A stretch of 64,000 nt of DNA from Acutalibacteraceae bacterium (GTDB lineage Bacteria; Bacillota; Clostridia; Oscillospirales; Acutalibacteraceae): NCBI GenBank assembly GCA_045534165.1, contig JAZSJD010000032.1:2942-66941 (forward strand), in the 5' to 3' direction. Below, in pieces: positions 1-9,159 of this stretch. The notes beneath the pieces were generated by a model that worked only from the letters and a program-made list of their open reading frames with translations, ran no database searches and had not been told where the DNA came from. The translations under genes and the position numbers were made by a program. Each line of letters starts with the position of its first letter. Position 1 is the first letter of the stretch.

Positions 1-1
1 G

Positions 2-1705
2 AACTCTGAATATAACAAGACACTTGCAAAAGCAGTAAAAGAAAAATATCCTGATTGTCTTATGGTTTTCGGTGGTCATGATGTGGGCGACAGCTTCGAT
101 TTGCTTGAAGAAAATGATTTTATTGATGTTTTATGCCATGGTGAGGGTGAAGAAACAATCAGAAATCTGCTTGAAGCTTATTCACTCGGTAAAACTTTTG
201 ATGATGTTGCGAATATTTCTTTCAGAAAAAGTCAGGGTGGATATTCAAGGACAGCTTCTGTGGCTCAGGAAACTCTTGATTTTCCGTCACCTTATCTTGA
301 AGGCTGGTTTGATGATATTCTTAAAAACAATCCTGACACCACCTTCAATGCCACAATTGAATCAAGTCGTGGTTGTGCTTACCGTTGTGCATATTGCGAT
401 TGGGCTGATGCAAAATCAAAAATAAGATTCGCACCTTTTGAAAGACTTGTTAAAGAAATCAGATGGTTAAGTGACCATAAAATTGCTTTTGTATGGGGTG
501 CAGATGCTAATTTCGGACTTAATGAACGTGACCTTGAAATAGTTGATGAGCTTGTGAAAATCAAGAACGAAACGGGATATCCTGAAAGAGTCCGTTGGAA
601 TTATGCCAAAAATAATTTTAAAACAGTTTTTGCAATTGTAAAAAAATTAAAAGATTGCAATTTGGACAGAATCGGTGCAACCTTGTCTTTCCAGAGCCTT
701 TCTCCTGATGTTTTGAAAAATATCGGCAGGGCAAATGCGTCACTTGATTTCTATAAAGATCTTCTTGCAGAATATCGCAAAGAAAATATGAGATGTTATT
801 CTGAGTTCATACTTGGTATGCCGGGTGAAACCTACGAAAGTTTTACTAAAGGGATTGCAATACTTTTCGAGATAGGACAACATTTTGTTTTTGATGTTTA
901 TTCCTGCATAGTGCTTCCTAATGCAAGAATGAATGAAAAAAGTTATATAGAAAAACACGGTATAAAAACAGTCCGCCAGGAAATGCTTCGTGACCATGCC
1001 AGTGTAAGTTCATTTGAAATTCCCGAATATAATAATATAATCGTACAAACCAATACAATGAGCAGAGAGATGTGGATACGTTCAACTGTTTTCTATTGGA
1101 TGGTGAAAATGCTTCATGGTAGCGGATTTATAAGAGCTTTTGCAATATATCTTTTCTACGAGAAGGGCATTGGATACGATAAATTCTATGATGAAATGCT
1201 TGACTATCTTGAAGAAAACCGTGATTTGTTTATATCAAAACTTTATTACGAGATAAAAAACAGAACGGAAGATATTTCTCTGGAAAAGAAAGCAGGCACT
1301 CTTGTTTTTGAACCTGCAGGAGATATTCATTGGACTGAAAGCGAATATATGTCTTTGAAAGTGCTGGAAAATTTTGATTTGTTCTTTGAAGAGATAGAAC
1401 CTTTCTTGAAAAAATTCGCAATTGCAGAGGATATTTATAATGACCTGATGTCTTATCAGAAATCAATAATCCGCAGACCGGGTGATAAAGAACATATTAT
1501 ATCTCTGAAATACGATATTCACGATTATTTTGAAAAGATTTATATCAACGAATATCATCCTTTGAAAAAAGAGGAAAACAAACTGAAACTCACAGATACA
1601 GTTGTATATGACAGATGGGAAGATTTCAGCCGGTTTGTTGTATGGTACGGTAAAATGGGATGGTCTTCTTACAAAGATGATATAACCAGGACGGAAAACA
1701 CATAA
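2..1705 (+). CDS. B12-binding-domain radical SAM protein, 5' end cut by window edge
   Basis: The frame of ORF 62..1705 stays open back to base 2 (NSEYNKTLAKAVKEKYPDCL precedes the listed Met), so the N-terminus lies outside the window. Radical-SAM cluster motif SSRGCAYRCAYCDW (CxxxCxxC). The preceding VFGGHD...CHGEGEE segment resembles the B12-binding domain of class B radical SAM enzymes. Confidence 0.8.
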   Translation, partial: NSEYNKTLAKAVKEKYPDCLMVFGGHDVGDSFDLLEENDFIDVLCHGEGEETIRNLLEAYSLGKTFDDVANISFRKSQGGYSRTASVAQETLDFPSPYLEGWFDDILKNNPDTTFNATIESSRGCAYRCAYCDWADAKSKIRFAPFERLVKEIRWLSDHKIAFVWGADANFGLNERDLEIVDELVKIKNETGYPERVRWNYAKNNFKTVFAIVKKLKDCNLDRIGATLSFQSLSPDVLKNIGRANASLDFYKDLLAEYRKENMRCYSEFILGMPGETYESFTKGIAILFEIGQHFVFDVYSCIVLPNARMNEKSYIEKHGIKTVRQEMLRDHASVSSFEIPEYNNIIVQTNTMSREMWIRSTVFYWMVKMLHGSGFIRAFAIYLFYEKGIGYDKFYDEMLDYLEENRDLFISKLYYEIKNRTEDISLEKKAGTLVFEPAGDIHWTESEYMSLKVLENFDLFFEEIEPFLKKFAIAEDIYNDLMSYQKSIIRRPGDKEHIISLKYDIHDYFEKIYINEYHPLKKEENKLKLTDTVVYDRWEDFSRFVVWYGKMGWSSYKDDITRTENT

Positions 1706-1741
1706 AACCAAGCTCCTTTGTCAAAAAGGAGCTTGGTTTTA
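1705..1741. terminator. bidirectional intrinsic terminator between convergent genes
   Basis: Perfect 15-bp inverted repeat AAACCAAGCTCCTTT / AAAGGAGCTTGGTTT (1705-1719 / 1725-1739) with a 5-nt loop. A T-run follows on the + strand and an A-run precedes it (a T-run on the - strand). Confidence 0.85.
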
Positions 1742-1747
1742 TTGATT

Positions 1748-2965
1748 TTAATGATGATGTTTTTTCTGTTTCAGATATAATTTGGCAAGACCGCCTTCGG
1801 ATGTTTCACGATAGTGGAATTTAAGGTCTTTACCTGTTTCGTACATTGTTTCAACAACAAGGTCGAAAGAAATTTTTCTTGTTGAACTGAGGAAGTTTGC
1901 AAGGTTAAGGGCATTGATAGCTCTCATTGCAGCAATTGCACCGCGTTCAATACAAGGAATCTGAACAAGACCTGCAATAGGGTCGCAGGTGAGTCCCAGA
2001 TGATGTTCCATAGCAACTTCAGCAGCATATTCAATCTGCTCGATTCTCATGCCGAAAATTTCAGCAAGGGCAGCTGCTGCCATTGAACAGGCAGTTCCCA
2101 TTTCTGCCTGACAGCCACATTCTGCACCGCTTACAGAAGCATTGCTCTTAACAATTGTTCCTATAATGCCTGCAACTGCAAGAGCGTCAATGATTTTTCT
2201 GTCAGAAAAACGTTTTTTCTCCTGCATATATTTAAGAACAGCAGGCAAAACACTGCTTGCGCCGCAAGTGGGAGCAGTAACAACAATTCCACCGCCTGCA
2301 TTCTGCTCACCGACTGCGAAAGCATAAGCGCAGACCATTCTGTTTTCGTAGGTGATTTCGCTTTCGTCAATATGTTGCTGGTCAAGAAGAAACCTTGCTT
2401 TTCTTTCAACTTTAAGTCCACCGTCAAGTATTCCGTCCGTAAGCAGACCTTCATTTATGCAATCTTTCATTGCTGCCCATACTTCTGCAAGGAATTCCTT
2501 GATTTCTTCGCCTTCGTTCATATAAACATATTCGCTGATTCTTATTTTTTTCTTTTTACACACTTTTGCAATTTCTGCAAAAGTGTTTTCTTTATACACT
2601 TCTTTAGGCACAACGTCAGGTCTGCCTTCGATTGAAAAATCACCGCCACCGATGCTCATAACACGCATTTTTGCAATTTCTTCACCATCTTTGTAAGCAA
2701 AGAAATCTACTGTGTTTTCGTGGGGGATATCTTCAGTTTCGGGGTCAAAAACAAGCTCTGTTTTAACATCGCCAAAGCCCTCGATAATAGCTTCATCAGT
2801 GTGGTGCCCTTTGCCGGTTTTTGCAAGGGAGCCGTAGAGAATCGCCTTAAAAGAATCTGCATCCGGATTTTCTTCCCTGAAAAGACGTGAAGCTTTGAAA
2901 GGAGCCATTGTATGTGAGCTTGAGGGACCTTTGCCTATTTTATAAAGTTCTCTGAGTGATTGCAT
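1748..2965 (-). CDS. sdaA: L-serine dehydratase, Fe-S dependent, fused beta+alpha single chain
   Basis: MQSLRELYKIGKGPSSSHTMAP matches the conserved N-terminus of Fe-S L-serine dehydratases (GIGPSSSHTxGP). Cys-rich alpha-domain motifs TAPTCGASSV and SGAECGCQAEMG are present. I moved the start from 3043 to the internal Met at 2965, where the family N-terminus begins. Confidence 0.88.
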   Translation of the reverse strand: MQSLRELYKIGKGPSSSHTMAPFKASRLFREENPDADSFKAILYGSLAKTGKGHHTDEAIIEGFGDVKTELVFDPETEDIPHENTVDFFAYKDGEEIAKMRVMSIGGGDFSIEGRPDVVPKEVYKENTFAEIAKVCKKKKIRISEYVYMNEGEEIKEFLAEVWAAMKDCINEGLLTDGILDGGLKVERKARFLLDQQHIDESEITYENRMVCAYAFAVGEQNAGGGIVVTAPTCGASSVLPAVLKYMQEKKRFSDRKIIDALAVAGIIGTIVKSNASVSGAECGCQAEMGTACSMAAAALAEIFGMRIEQIEYAAEVAMEHHLGLTCDPIAGLVQIPCIERGAIAAMRAINALNLANFLSSTRKISFDLVVETMYETGKDLKFHYRETSEGGLAKLYLKQKKHHH

Positions 2966-3000
2966 TTTTACATCTCTGCCTTTATGAGTAATCTTTGTTT

Positions 3001-3882
3001 TTATGATGGGATAATATCGCTTGAAGGAGCATTTGCATTCCATTCCATAAGGATAGATCTTGTCATATCAATATCAGGTGTTATTATCTGGTTGGGAGAA
3101 AACTTAAGTGCATTGATAACATCAAATTCATCTTCAATTCCGTAAAAAGAAATTTTGTACCAGTTTTCTTTGAGGATGGTTGAAAGTTCTGTTGTGAAAT
3201 TATCAGGTCTGCAGTTTATTCCTATTGCACCTGAAGTTGAAATGTCATTAATAATCTGGGAAATATAATCAGGATTATTGACTTTGCTTTTGTTTATTTC
3301 ATAATCCAGATAGAAGGGGACAGTAGTTGCAGTGCGTACATAATAAGCCTGATTTAAGTTTACACCTGTGAGAAAACAATATTCCTGCATATCGTAGCTT
3401 TCAATAATTGAATTGATTTTTTCAAGGTTAGCAGCATCAGTAAGGTGAAGGTTTATGCTGTGGCGATTTGTGTTTGAAGTTTTATCAACCTGTTGGCTGA
3501 TGTAGCTCACAAGATATTCAAGAGGCATAGTGTTATCGTCTGTTTTTTCCTGACTTTCAGCAATCACGGGAGTACCTTCTTTGTCGAAACAAACATCTAC
3601 CTCAATACAGTCAGCGCCACTCTGAAGTGCAGATTTAACGTGAAACAGCGAATTTTTCTTGTTACCGTTAAATCCGTTCCGGGCAGTTACAAGACCGCCT
3701 TGGGGGAAAGAATAGTAATTTTCAAAAAGTTCTTCTTTTGCTGATTTCAAGGCTGTTCTTTCAACAGAGGGTATGGCAACCAAAGCTACAAAAGCGGCCA
3801 TTATAGCAACTACTATAGCAATCAGACATGCATTTATCAGATGCTTTTTTGTGATTTTTTTAAATTGCCATTTCGTTTTCAA
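3001..3882 (-). CDS. membrane-anchored glycerophosphodiester phosphodiesterase (GDPD)-like protein
   Basis: N-terminal TM helix INACLIAIVVAIMAAFVALVAI followed by a GDPD-like core (ARNGFNG...SGADCIEVDVCFDKEGTPVIAE). By eye, the two family His positions (HRG, HD) read ARNG and IAE, so it may be non-canonical. The start overlaps the upstream gene's stop (3879-3882). Confidence 0.6.
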   Translation of the reverse strand: MKTKWQFKKITKKHLINACLIAIVVAIMAAFVALVAIPSVERTALKSAKEELFENYYSFPQGGLVTARNGFNGNKKNSLFHVKSALQSGADCIEVDVCFDKEGTPVIAESQEKTDDNTMPLEYLVSYISQQVDKTSNTNRHSINLHLTDAANLEKINSIIESYDMQEYCFLTGVNLNQAYYVRTATTVPFYLDYEINKSKVNNPDYISQIINDISTSGAIGINCRPDNFTTELSTILKENWYKISFYGIEDEFDVINALKFSPNQIITPDIDMTRSILMEWNANAPSSDIIPS

Positions 3883-4997
3883 TTGTTGTACCTCCTGTAA
3901 AGTTCCATTGTTATTTCATTGAGTTCATTCATATGGTCCTCAATGTCCTTAACAAGGGCGAATTGTGTTCTGCATCTTACAAGATTGTGTTCATCATAAT
4001 CTGTGTGGAAATAAACGTCACCGTCAAGGTAGTCTGTAAGGAATCTCATGCCGCATTCAAATGTGAGAAGCTTTGCAGAAAATGCAAGATTTTCAGCTTC
4101 TTTTTCAATAAGGCTTTTTCCTGCAGCAGAAAGATAACCTTCTGTATAAGCTTTGTAAAGTTCAATATTGAGCTTCATTTTTGATGCATCTTTTTCATCT
4201 TCCGCAGCAGTGCCTGCACCTGAACGTATGGCATCACCGAAGTCATAAAGGGAAAGTCCGGGCATAACTGTATCCAGGTCAAGGATGCACAAACCTAAGT
4301 TTGATTGGTTATCAAACATAATGTTATTGATTTTTGTATCGTTATGAGTAACCCTGATGGGAAGTTCACCTTTTTCAATAAGGTCAACGAATTTTTCGGA
4401 ATCATCTTTTCTTTCAAGAACAAAGTTGATTTCATCTTTAACATTGTCTTTTCTGCCTGATTTATTGTTTTCAAGAGCTACGAGGAAGTTTTTGAAACGC
4501 TGTTTTGTATTGTGGAAATCAGGGATTGTTTCGTGGAGTGTTTCACCGGGAAAATCAGCAAGTTTGCTCATAAAGTCGCCGAAAGCAGCACCTGCATTGT
4601 AGAAAACCTGAGGATTTTCAATTGTGTTGCAGGAATAAGCATCTGTTATAAAGTTTACGCATCTCCAGAATGTACCGTCAGGCATAATGTGGTAAGGTTT
4701 ACCATCATGTGCGAAAAGTGCATGAAGAGTCTCTCTTTCTGTATTTCCGCCTGCTTCTTTTATTTTTTTTGCAAGATGTTCAGTAACATTTACCATGTTT
4801 TCCATAAGTTGAACAGGTGTTTTGAAAACATTTGTGTTAATCATCTGTGCGATATACTGTTTGTTTTTACCATTCTTTTCAAATTGGAGTGCAAAGGTGC
4901 TGTTGATATGTCCTGCAGTAATCTGACTGTAGCCTGTATAATTCCCTTCAAAATCAAAATTAGCCAGAATTTCTTCAATATATTGAGCGTTTGTCAT
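3879..4997 (-). CDS. nahK: N-acetylhexosamine 1-kinase-like phosphotransferase (APH fold, NahK family)
   Basis: APH/Brenner motif VTHNDTKINNIMFD and DLDTVMPG. The blocks LTFECGMRFLTDYLDGDVYF and EHNLVRCRTQ are colinear with Bifidobacterium NahK as I remember it. Confidence 0.72.
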   Translation of the reverse strand: MTNAQYIEEILANFDFEGNYTGYSQITAGHINSTFALQFEKNGKNKQYIAQMINTNVFKTPVQLMENMVNVTEHLAKKIKEAGGNTERETLHALFAHDGKPYHIMPDGTFWRCVNFITDAYSCNTIENPQVFYNAGAAFGDFMSKLADFPGETLHETIPDFHNTKQRFKNFLVALENNKSGRKDNVKDEINFVLERKDDSEKFVDLIEKGELPIRVTHNDTKINNIMFDNQSNLGLCILDLDTVMPGLSLYDFGDAIRSGAGTAAEDEKDASKMKLNIELYKAYTEGYLSAAGKSLIEKEAENLAFSAKLLTFECGMRFLTDYLDGDVYFHTDYDEHNLVRCRTQFALVKDIEDHMNELNEITMELYRRYNN

Positions 4998-5010
4998 TTT
5001 GAATTCTCCC

Positions 5011-7104
5011 TTAACTGAAATATTTGTTTATCGTATTTTTGCATATTTTTTTAGTGTCTTTTTCTTCAAATTCCGGAGGGTTAAAAGTGAGGATAACACC
5101 TTGCTCAAACCTTGCCATATCGCCATAGAAAGAGTTTGACACAAAAACATCACGGTCTAAATACTGCTTTTTTGTTCTTTCCTGGAATCCTAAGAATTTA
5201 TACTGTCCTGCAAGATGTTCAAAGAATTTTTCCCATCTTACTCTGTGATAACAGGGGAGGAAATTTCCTAATAACTGCCATCCTGAATCGTAAAGCTGAT
5301 TTTCTTCAAGCATTGGTCCCCAGAGTCCTAAGGAAGCAATGTAGTTAATGATGAAATATGTAAGTTCTTCGTCATTGATTGCAATTTTTTTCAATTCATC
5401 AATGTAGCAGGATGCATTGAATAATCTGTGGCAAACGAGAACATCGTTTACATCATCCATAATCTGCAGGAATTTTTTTGATTTTTCCGCCAGCTCTTCC
5501 ATTTTTCTGTTTCTGTAAAAGTTGGCGATTTCACCATGTAAAGGATAAGCTTCGTTGTCGAGCAACTGTTTTGTAATGTTGATGATGTCATATTTATAGC
5601 CTTCTGTATCGGCATCAAGTTTTTCAAGGGAACGGTAAATTTTCAGAAGATCATTGTTGTCATAAAGGGGGTTGATTCTGTCAAAAAGACCTGTGTGACG
5701 TAAGTTGAGCTGAGGTCTTGTGCATAAAGTTGAACCTACGGGAACAGCACTGTGTTCCTTTGAATAACAGGTTTTTCTGTAAAGAGAAATTCTCTCAGCA
5801 TAGTTTTCGTCTGTTTTTCCGTATCGTGCAATTTCGTATTTTTTATACCATTCGTTCAGATCGATTTTTCCGCTTTCTGTGATAACGTCAAAAGAAAGTG
5901 AGAAAAACATAGGATTCTGTCTTATGTTTTCGGGGAAAATGCCTGCGCCTTCAAGGTTTTTGTATTTTTCTGCACATTCAAGGAAAGGATTTCCGGCAAC
6001 TTCTTCAATGTCGCCTTGCATACTGTTGTGAGAGTTATTGTGATGAGAGTTGCCGAGGATAAATTTAAGTCCGTCAAAACCGTCAGTTCTTGTATGTGCA
6101 GATGAGTCAGTGTCAAAAACAAGAACATCGCACCTTTTGATTTTTGTAACAAAATCTTTTCTGTATCCTTCTGTTGTGAAAATAAGAACGGAATTTTCGT
6201 TCACGTAGTCGGCTGCTCTGTCCAATTCTTTTGCAGCGGTTTCAAGGTAAGCCAATTCTTTTCTTTTTGTGCCGATGTCGGTGTTGCATAACTGGTTGCA
6301 TAAATAATAATCAGAATGTCCTAAATATTCTTCCTGGACTTCAAGATATTTGATGAAGAATCTTCTGAAAGTAACAGAATCAAGCTTCAAACGATATGTT
6401 TTCGGGAAAAATGCCCATTTCTCTTCAATTTTAACATCTCTTGCATTGAAAAGTTTAGTTGTAACATCAGGTACAATTCCGGAGAAAGATGAGAGAACAG
6501 GGATAATGCCGAGGTCTTTCATTCTTTCAACAATTTTTTTGCCCATTTCGATGTTTCTTTCAATGTGATCAAAAGATTTATTGGGTACATAATTGTAAAA
6601 TTTATTCTGCATCTGCCATGCATAAAAAGCAGGTCCTGAAATAAATTCAAGTGCAAAATCCTGAGGATAATCAAGCTTTATAAGTGTGTAGAAACAGATG
6701 CCGTCATTTCCCACAGGGTTGACAGCCATATTGATTCCGCTCATTGCAAGGAAATCAAGAAAATATTCCCATTGGGAAAAATCCCATTTCCATGCATCGT
6801 TTGAATAATATGTGTAATCACCGAAAACTCTTAATTTCTGGGGAATATAAGCGGAAAATTCTTCTTTCGGCAACGGTGCCTCTGTGATTTCAATTCTTTC
6901 ACAACAAGGAATGATTTTTTTGCCTGTGCAGTTTTCAAGATACTTACCGAAAGCCTTTGCAACACAGACTTTATCAGTGCCGAAAAGGTGAATTTTACCG
7001 TCTTTTTCTTTGTAACCGTAGAAATCCTGGTCGGTAGTTTTTTCTGTTATTTCATATGTAAATCTGTCCTTGACAGCAGGTGCAATGCGTTCAATTATTT
7101 TCAA
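5011..7104 (-). CDS. GH89-family alpha-N-acetylglucosaminidase (NAGLU-like), no signal peptide
   Basis: The blocks FLDFLAMSGINMAVNPVG, ISGPAFYAWQMQ and GIIPVLSSFSGIVP are colinear with NAGLU blocks (LHGINLALA, GPAFLAWGRM, GMTPVLPAFAGHVP). The N-terminus MKIIERIAPAV has no hydrophobic leader. Confidence 0.78.
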   Translation of the reverse strand: MKIIERIAPAVKDRFTYEITEKTTDQDFYGYKEKDGKIHLFGTDKVCVAKAFGKYLENCTGKKIIPCCERIEITEAPLPKEEFSAYIPQKLRVFGDYTYYSNDAWKWDFSQWEYFLDFLAMSGINMAVNPVGNDGICFYTLIKLDYPQDFALEFISGPAFYAWQMQNKFYNYVPNKSFDHIERNIEMGKKIVERMKDLGIIPVLSSFSGIVPDVTTKLFNARDVKIEEKWAFFPKTYRLKLDSVTFRRFFIKYLEVQEEYLGHSDYYLCNQLCNTDIGTKRKELAYLETAAKELDRAADYVNENSVLIFTTEGYRKDFVTKIKRCDVLVFDTDSSAHTRTDGFDGLKFILGNSHHNNSHNSMQGDIEEVAGNPFLECAEKYKNLEGAGIFPENIRQNPMFFSLSFDVITESGKIDLNEWYKKYEIARYGKTDENYAERISLYRKTCYSKEHSAVPVGSTLCTRPQLNLRHTGLFDRINPLYDNNDLLKIYRSLEKLDADTEGYKYDIINITKQLLDNEAYPLHGEIANFYRNRKMEELAEKSKKFLQIMDDVNDVLVCHRLFNASCYIDELKKIAINDEELTYFIINYIASLGLWGPMLEENQLYDSGWQLLGNFLPCYHRVRWEKFFEHLAGQYKFLGFQERTKKQYLDRDVFVSNSFYGDMARFEQGVILTFNPPEFEEKDTKKICKNTINKYFS

Positions 7105-7219
7105 AGCCGATTACCTCCAAGGTATAATTATACCTATTATAACACAAAAAAACAAAATTGTCACCATCTTTATATAAAATATAAATCTAAATATTTTTGT
7201 CAAAATATTACAAAAGTTA

Positions 7220-7248
7220 TTGAAAAATAAAAGCCGATGTGTTAGAAT
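7220..7248 (+). promoter_or_regulatory. putative sigma-A promoter for the thuA-like operon
   Basis: TTGAAA (7220-7225), a 17-nt spacer, then TAGAAT (7243-7248). It overlaps the ORF-track GTG start at 7239, which supports the downstream ATG at 7284. Confidence 0.45.
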
Positions 7249-7283
7249 TAACAAAATTAATCTGCAAAAGGAAGTGCTTTTTG

Positions 7284-8018
7284 ATGATCAAAGTTACTGT
7301 ATGGCATGAAAATTATCATGATAGGACAGACGAAGCAACAATGAAAATGTATCCCGGTGGTATGCATAATATAATCAGATCTTTTCTTGAAAAAGATGAA
7401 GAATTGCTTGTAAGAACAGCAACTCTCGATGAACCTGATTGCGGTCTGCCTGATGAAATTCTTGAAGATACAGATGTTCTTCTCTGGTGGGGCCACGCAA
7501 AGCATGACGATGTGCCTGATGAATTGGCTCAGCGCGTACATCAGCGTGTTCTCAGAGGCATGGGTATAATTTTCCTTCATTCGGCTCATATGTCAAAACC
7601 TTTCCGCCTTACAATGGGTACAAGCTGTACTCTTAAATGGAGAGATAATGACAGAGAAAGACTCTGGACAGTAATGCCTTCTCATCCCATTGCAAAAGGT
7701 GTGGATGAATATATTGAACTTGAAAGCGAAGAAATGTATGGCGAGAGATTCGATATTCCTCAGCCGGATGAACTCGTTTTCCTTGGTTGGTTTGCAGGTG
7801 GCGAAGTTTTCCGTTCAGGTTGCACATGGTATAAAGGTCTTGGCAAAGTTTTCTATTTCCAGCCGGGACATGAAACTAACCCAAGCTACCACAATGAACA
7901 GGTTCAGAAAATTATTATGAATGCAGTAAAGTGGGCAGCACCACAGATGATAGTTGAAAAGCTTGATTGTCCCCACTATGCTTCTCTGGAACAAAAAAGA
8001 CTTGAAAGGAATGATTAA
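7284..8018 (+). CDS. ThuA-like (trehalose utilisation / class I glutamine amidotransferase-like fold) protein
   Basis: MIKVTVWHENYHD...VLLWWGHAKHDDV...FYFQPGHETNPSYHN is typical of the ThuA family. An AAGGAAG RBS lies 9 nt before ATG 7284. The stop sits 1 nt before the next gene's start. Confidence 0.78.
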   Translation: MIKVTVWHENYHDRTDEATMKMYPGGMHNIIRSFLEKDEELLVRTATLDEPDCGLPDEILEDTDVLLWWGHAKHDDVPDELAQRVHQRVLRGMGIIFLHSAHMSKPFRLTMGTSCTLKWRDNDRERLWTVMPSHPIAKGVDEYIELESEEMYGERFDIPQPDELVFLGWFAGGEVFRSGCTWYKGLGKVFYFQPGHETNPSYHNEQVQKIIMNAVKWAAPQMIVEKLDCPHYASLEQKRLERND

Positions 8019-8019
8019 T

Positions 8020-9081
8020 ATGAAAAAAATCAGAATTGGTATTGTCGGTAACGGTGGTATTTGTAAAGGTGCCCACATACCTACATATCTTAAGGATGAA
8101 AGAGTTGAAATTGTAGGCGTTTGCGATATTATCGAAGAACGTGCGCAGTTTCTGAAAGACGAATATTTCCCCGATGCAAAGGTGTATACAGATTACAAAG
8201 AGCTTCTTAAAGATGAAACTATTGATTCAATTGATATCTGCACACCTAACTATCTTCATTCAATCATAGCAGTTGATGCTTTCAAGGCAGGCAAACACGT
8301 TTTCTGTGAAAAGCCTGATGCTATTGACGTTACAGAAGTTCTTAAAATGCAGAAAGCAGCAGATGAAGCAGGCAAAGTTCTTATGGTTATGAGAAATAAC
8401 CGTTTTGTTGGTGCATCTCAGTATGCTAAAAAATATATTGATGCAGGCAAAATGGGCGATGTTTATGCAGCTCGTTGCGGCTGGCAGAGAAGACGTGGTA
8501 TTCCCGGCAAAGGCGGTTGGTTTACAACAAAAGCTCAGTCAGGTGGTGGACCTCTTATCGATTTAGGCGTTCATATGATAGACCTTGCAATCTGGCTTAT
8601 GGGTAACCCAACACCTGTTTCTGTAAGTGCAAATACATTCTGCAAATTTGCCGATAACGATACAAGTGACTCTGTAAACTCAGATTTCGGCGATAAAAAT
8701 TCAGAAGGTACATTTGATGTTGAAGACCTTGCAATGGGTATGATCAGATTTGACAACGGCGCAGTTCTTCAGATCGAATTCAGCTGGGCATCAAATATCA
8801 AGAGAGAAAAACGTTTTGTTGAACTCAGAGGCTCCAAAGCAGGCCTTAAATGGGAAAATGACGATGTTGAAATTTTCACAGAAGAAGCAGGTCAGCTTCT
8901 TGATATCAAACCCGCAGGAAACCTTGATAATAAAGGACATCACAACAATCTTGTTCACTATCTTGATGTTCTCACAAAGGGTGCAGAACCTTGCTTCAAA
9001 CCACAGCAGGGCGTTGATATGATCAAGATTCTCTGTGCTATTTACGAATCAGCAAAAACAGGCAGAGAAGTTGTTCTTTAA
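8020..9081 (+). CDS. Gfo/Idh/MocA family NAD(P)-dependent oxidoreductase
   Basis: Rossmann N-terminus MKKIRIGIVGNGGICKGAHIP and the family motif FCEKP (GKHVFCEKPDA). The start was set at the Met directly after the thuA-like stop. Confidence 0.85.
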   Translation: MKKIRIGIVGNGGICKGAHIPTYLKDERVEIVGVCDIIEERAQFLKDEYFPDAKVYTDYKELLKDETIDSIDICTPNYLHSIIAVDAFKAGKHVFCEKPDAIDVTEVLKMQKAADEAGKVLMVMRNNRFVGASQYAKKYIDAGKMGDVYAARCGWQRRRGIPGKGGWFTTKAQSGGGPLIDLGVHMIDLAIWLMGNPTPVSVSANTFCKFADNDTSDSVNSDFGDKNSEGTFDVEDLAMGMIRFDNGAVLQIEFSWASNIKREKRFVELRGSKAGLKWENDDVEIFTEEAGQLLDIKPAGNLDNKGHHNNLVHYLDVLTKGAEPCFKPQQGVDMIKILCAIYESAKTGREVVL

Positions 9082-9103
9082 TTAAATATTTCAAGTGTTT
9101 TTT

Positions 9104-9137
9104 ACCTCCCTTTGAGTTCAAAGGGAGGTGGATTTTT
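9104..9137 (+). terminator. intrinsic terminator after the first oxidoreductase gene
   Basis: Inverted repeat ACCTCCCTTTGA / TCAAAGGGAGGT (9104-9129) followed by GGATTTTT. It overlaps the ORF-track start at 9112, which argues for the ATG at 9160. Confidence 0.7.
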
Positions 9138-9159
9138 AACCGGAAAAGAGGATTTTCTT

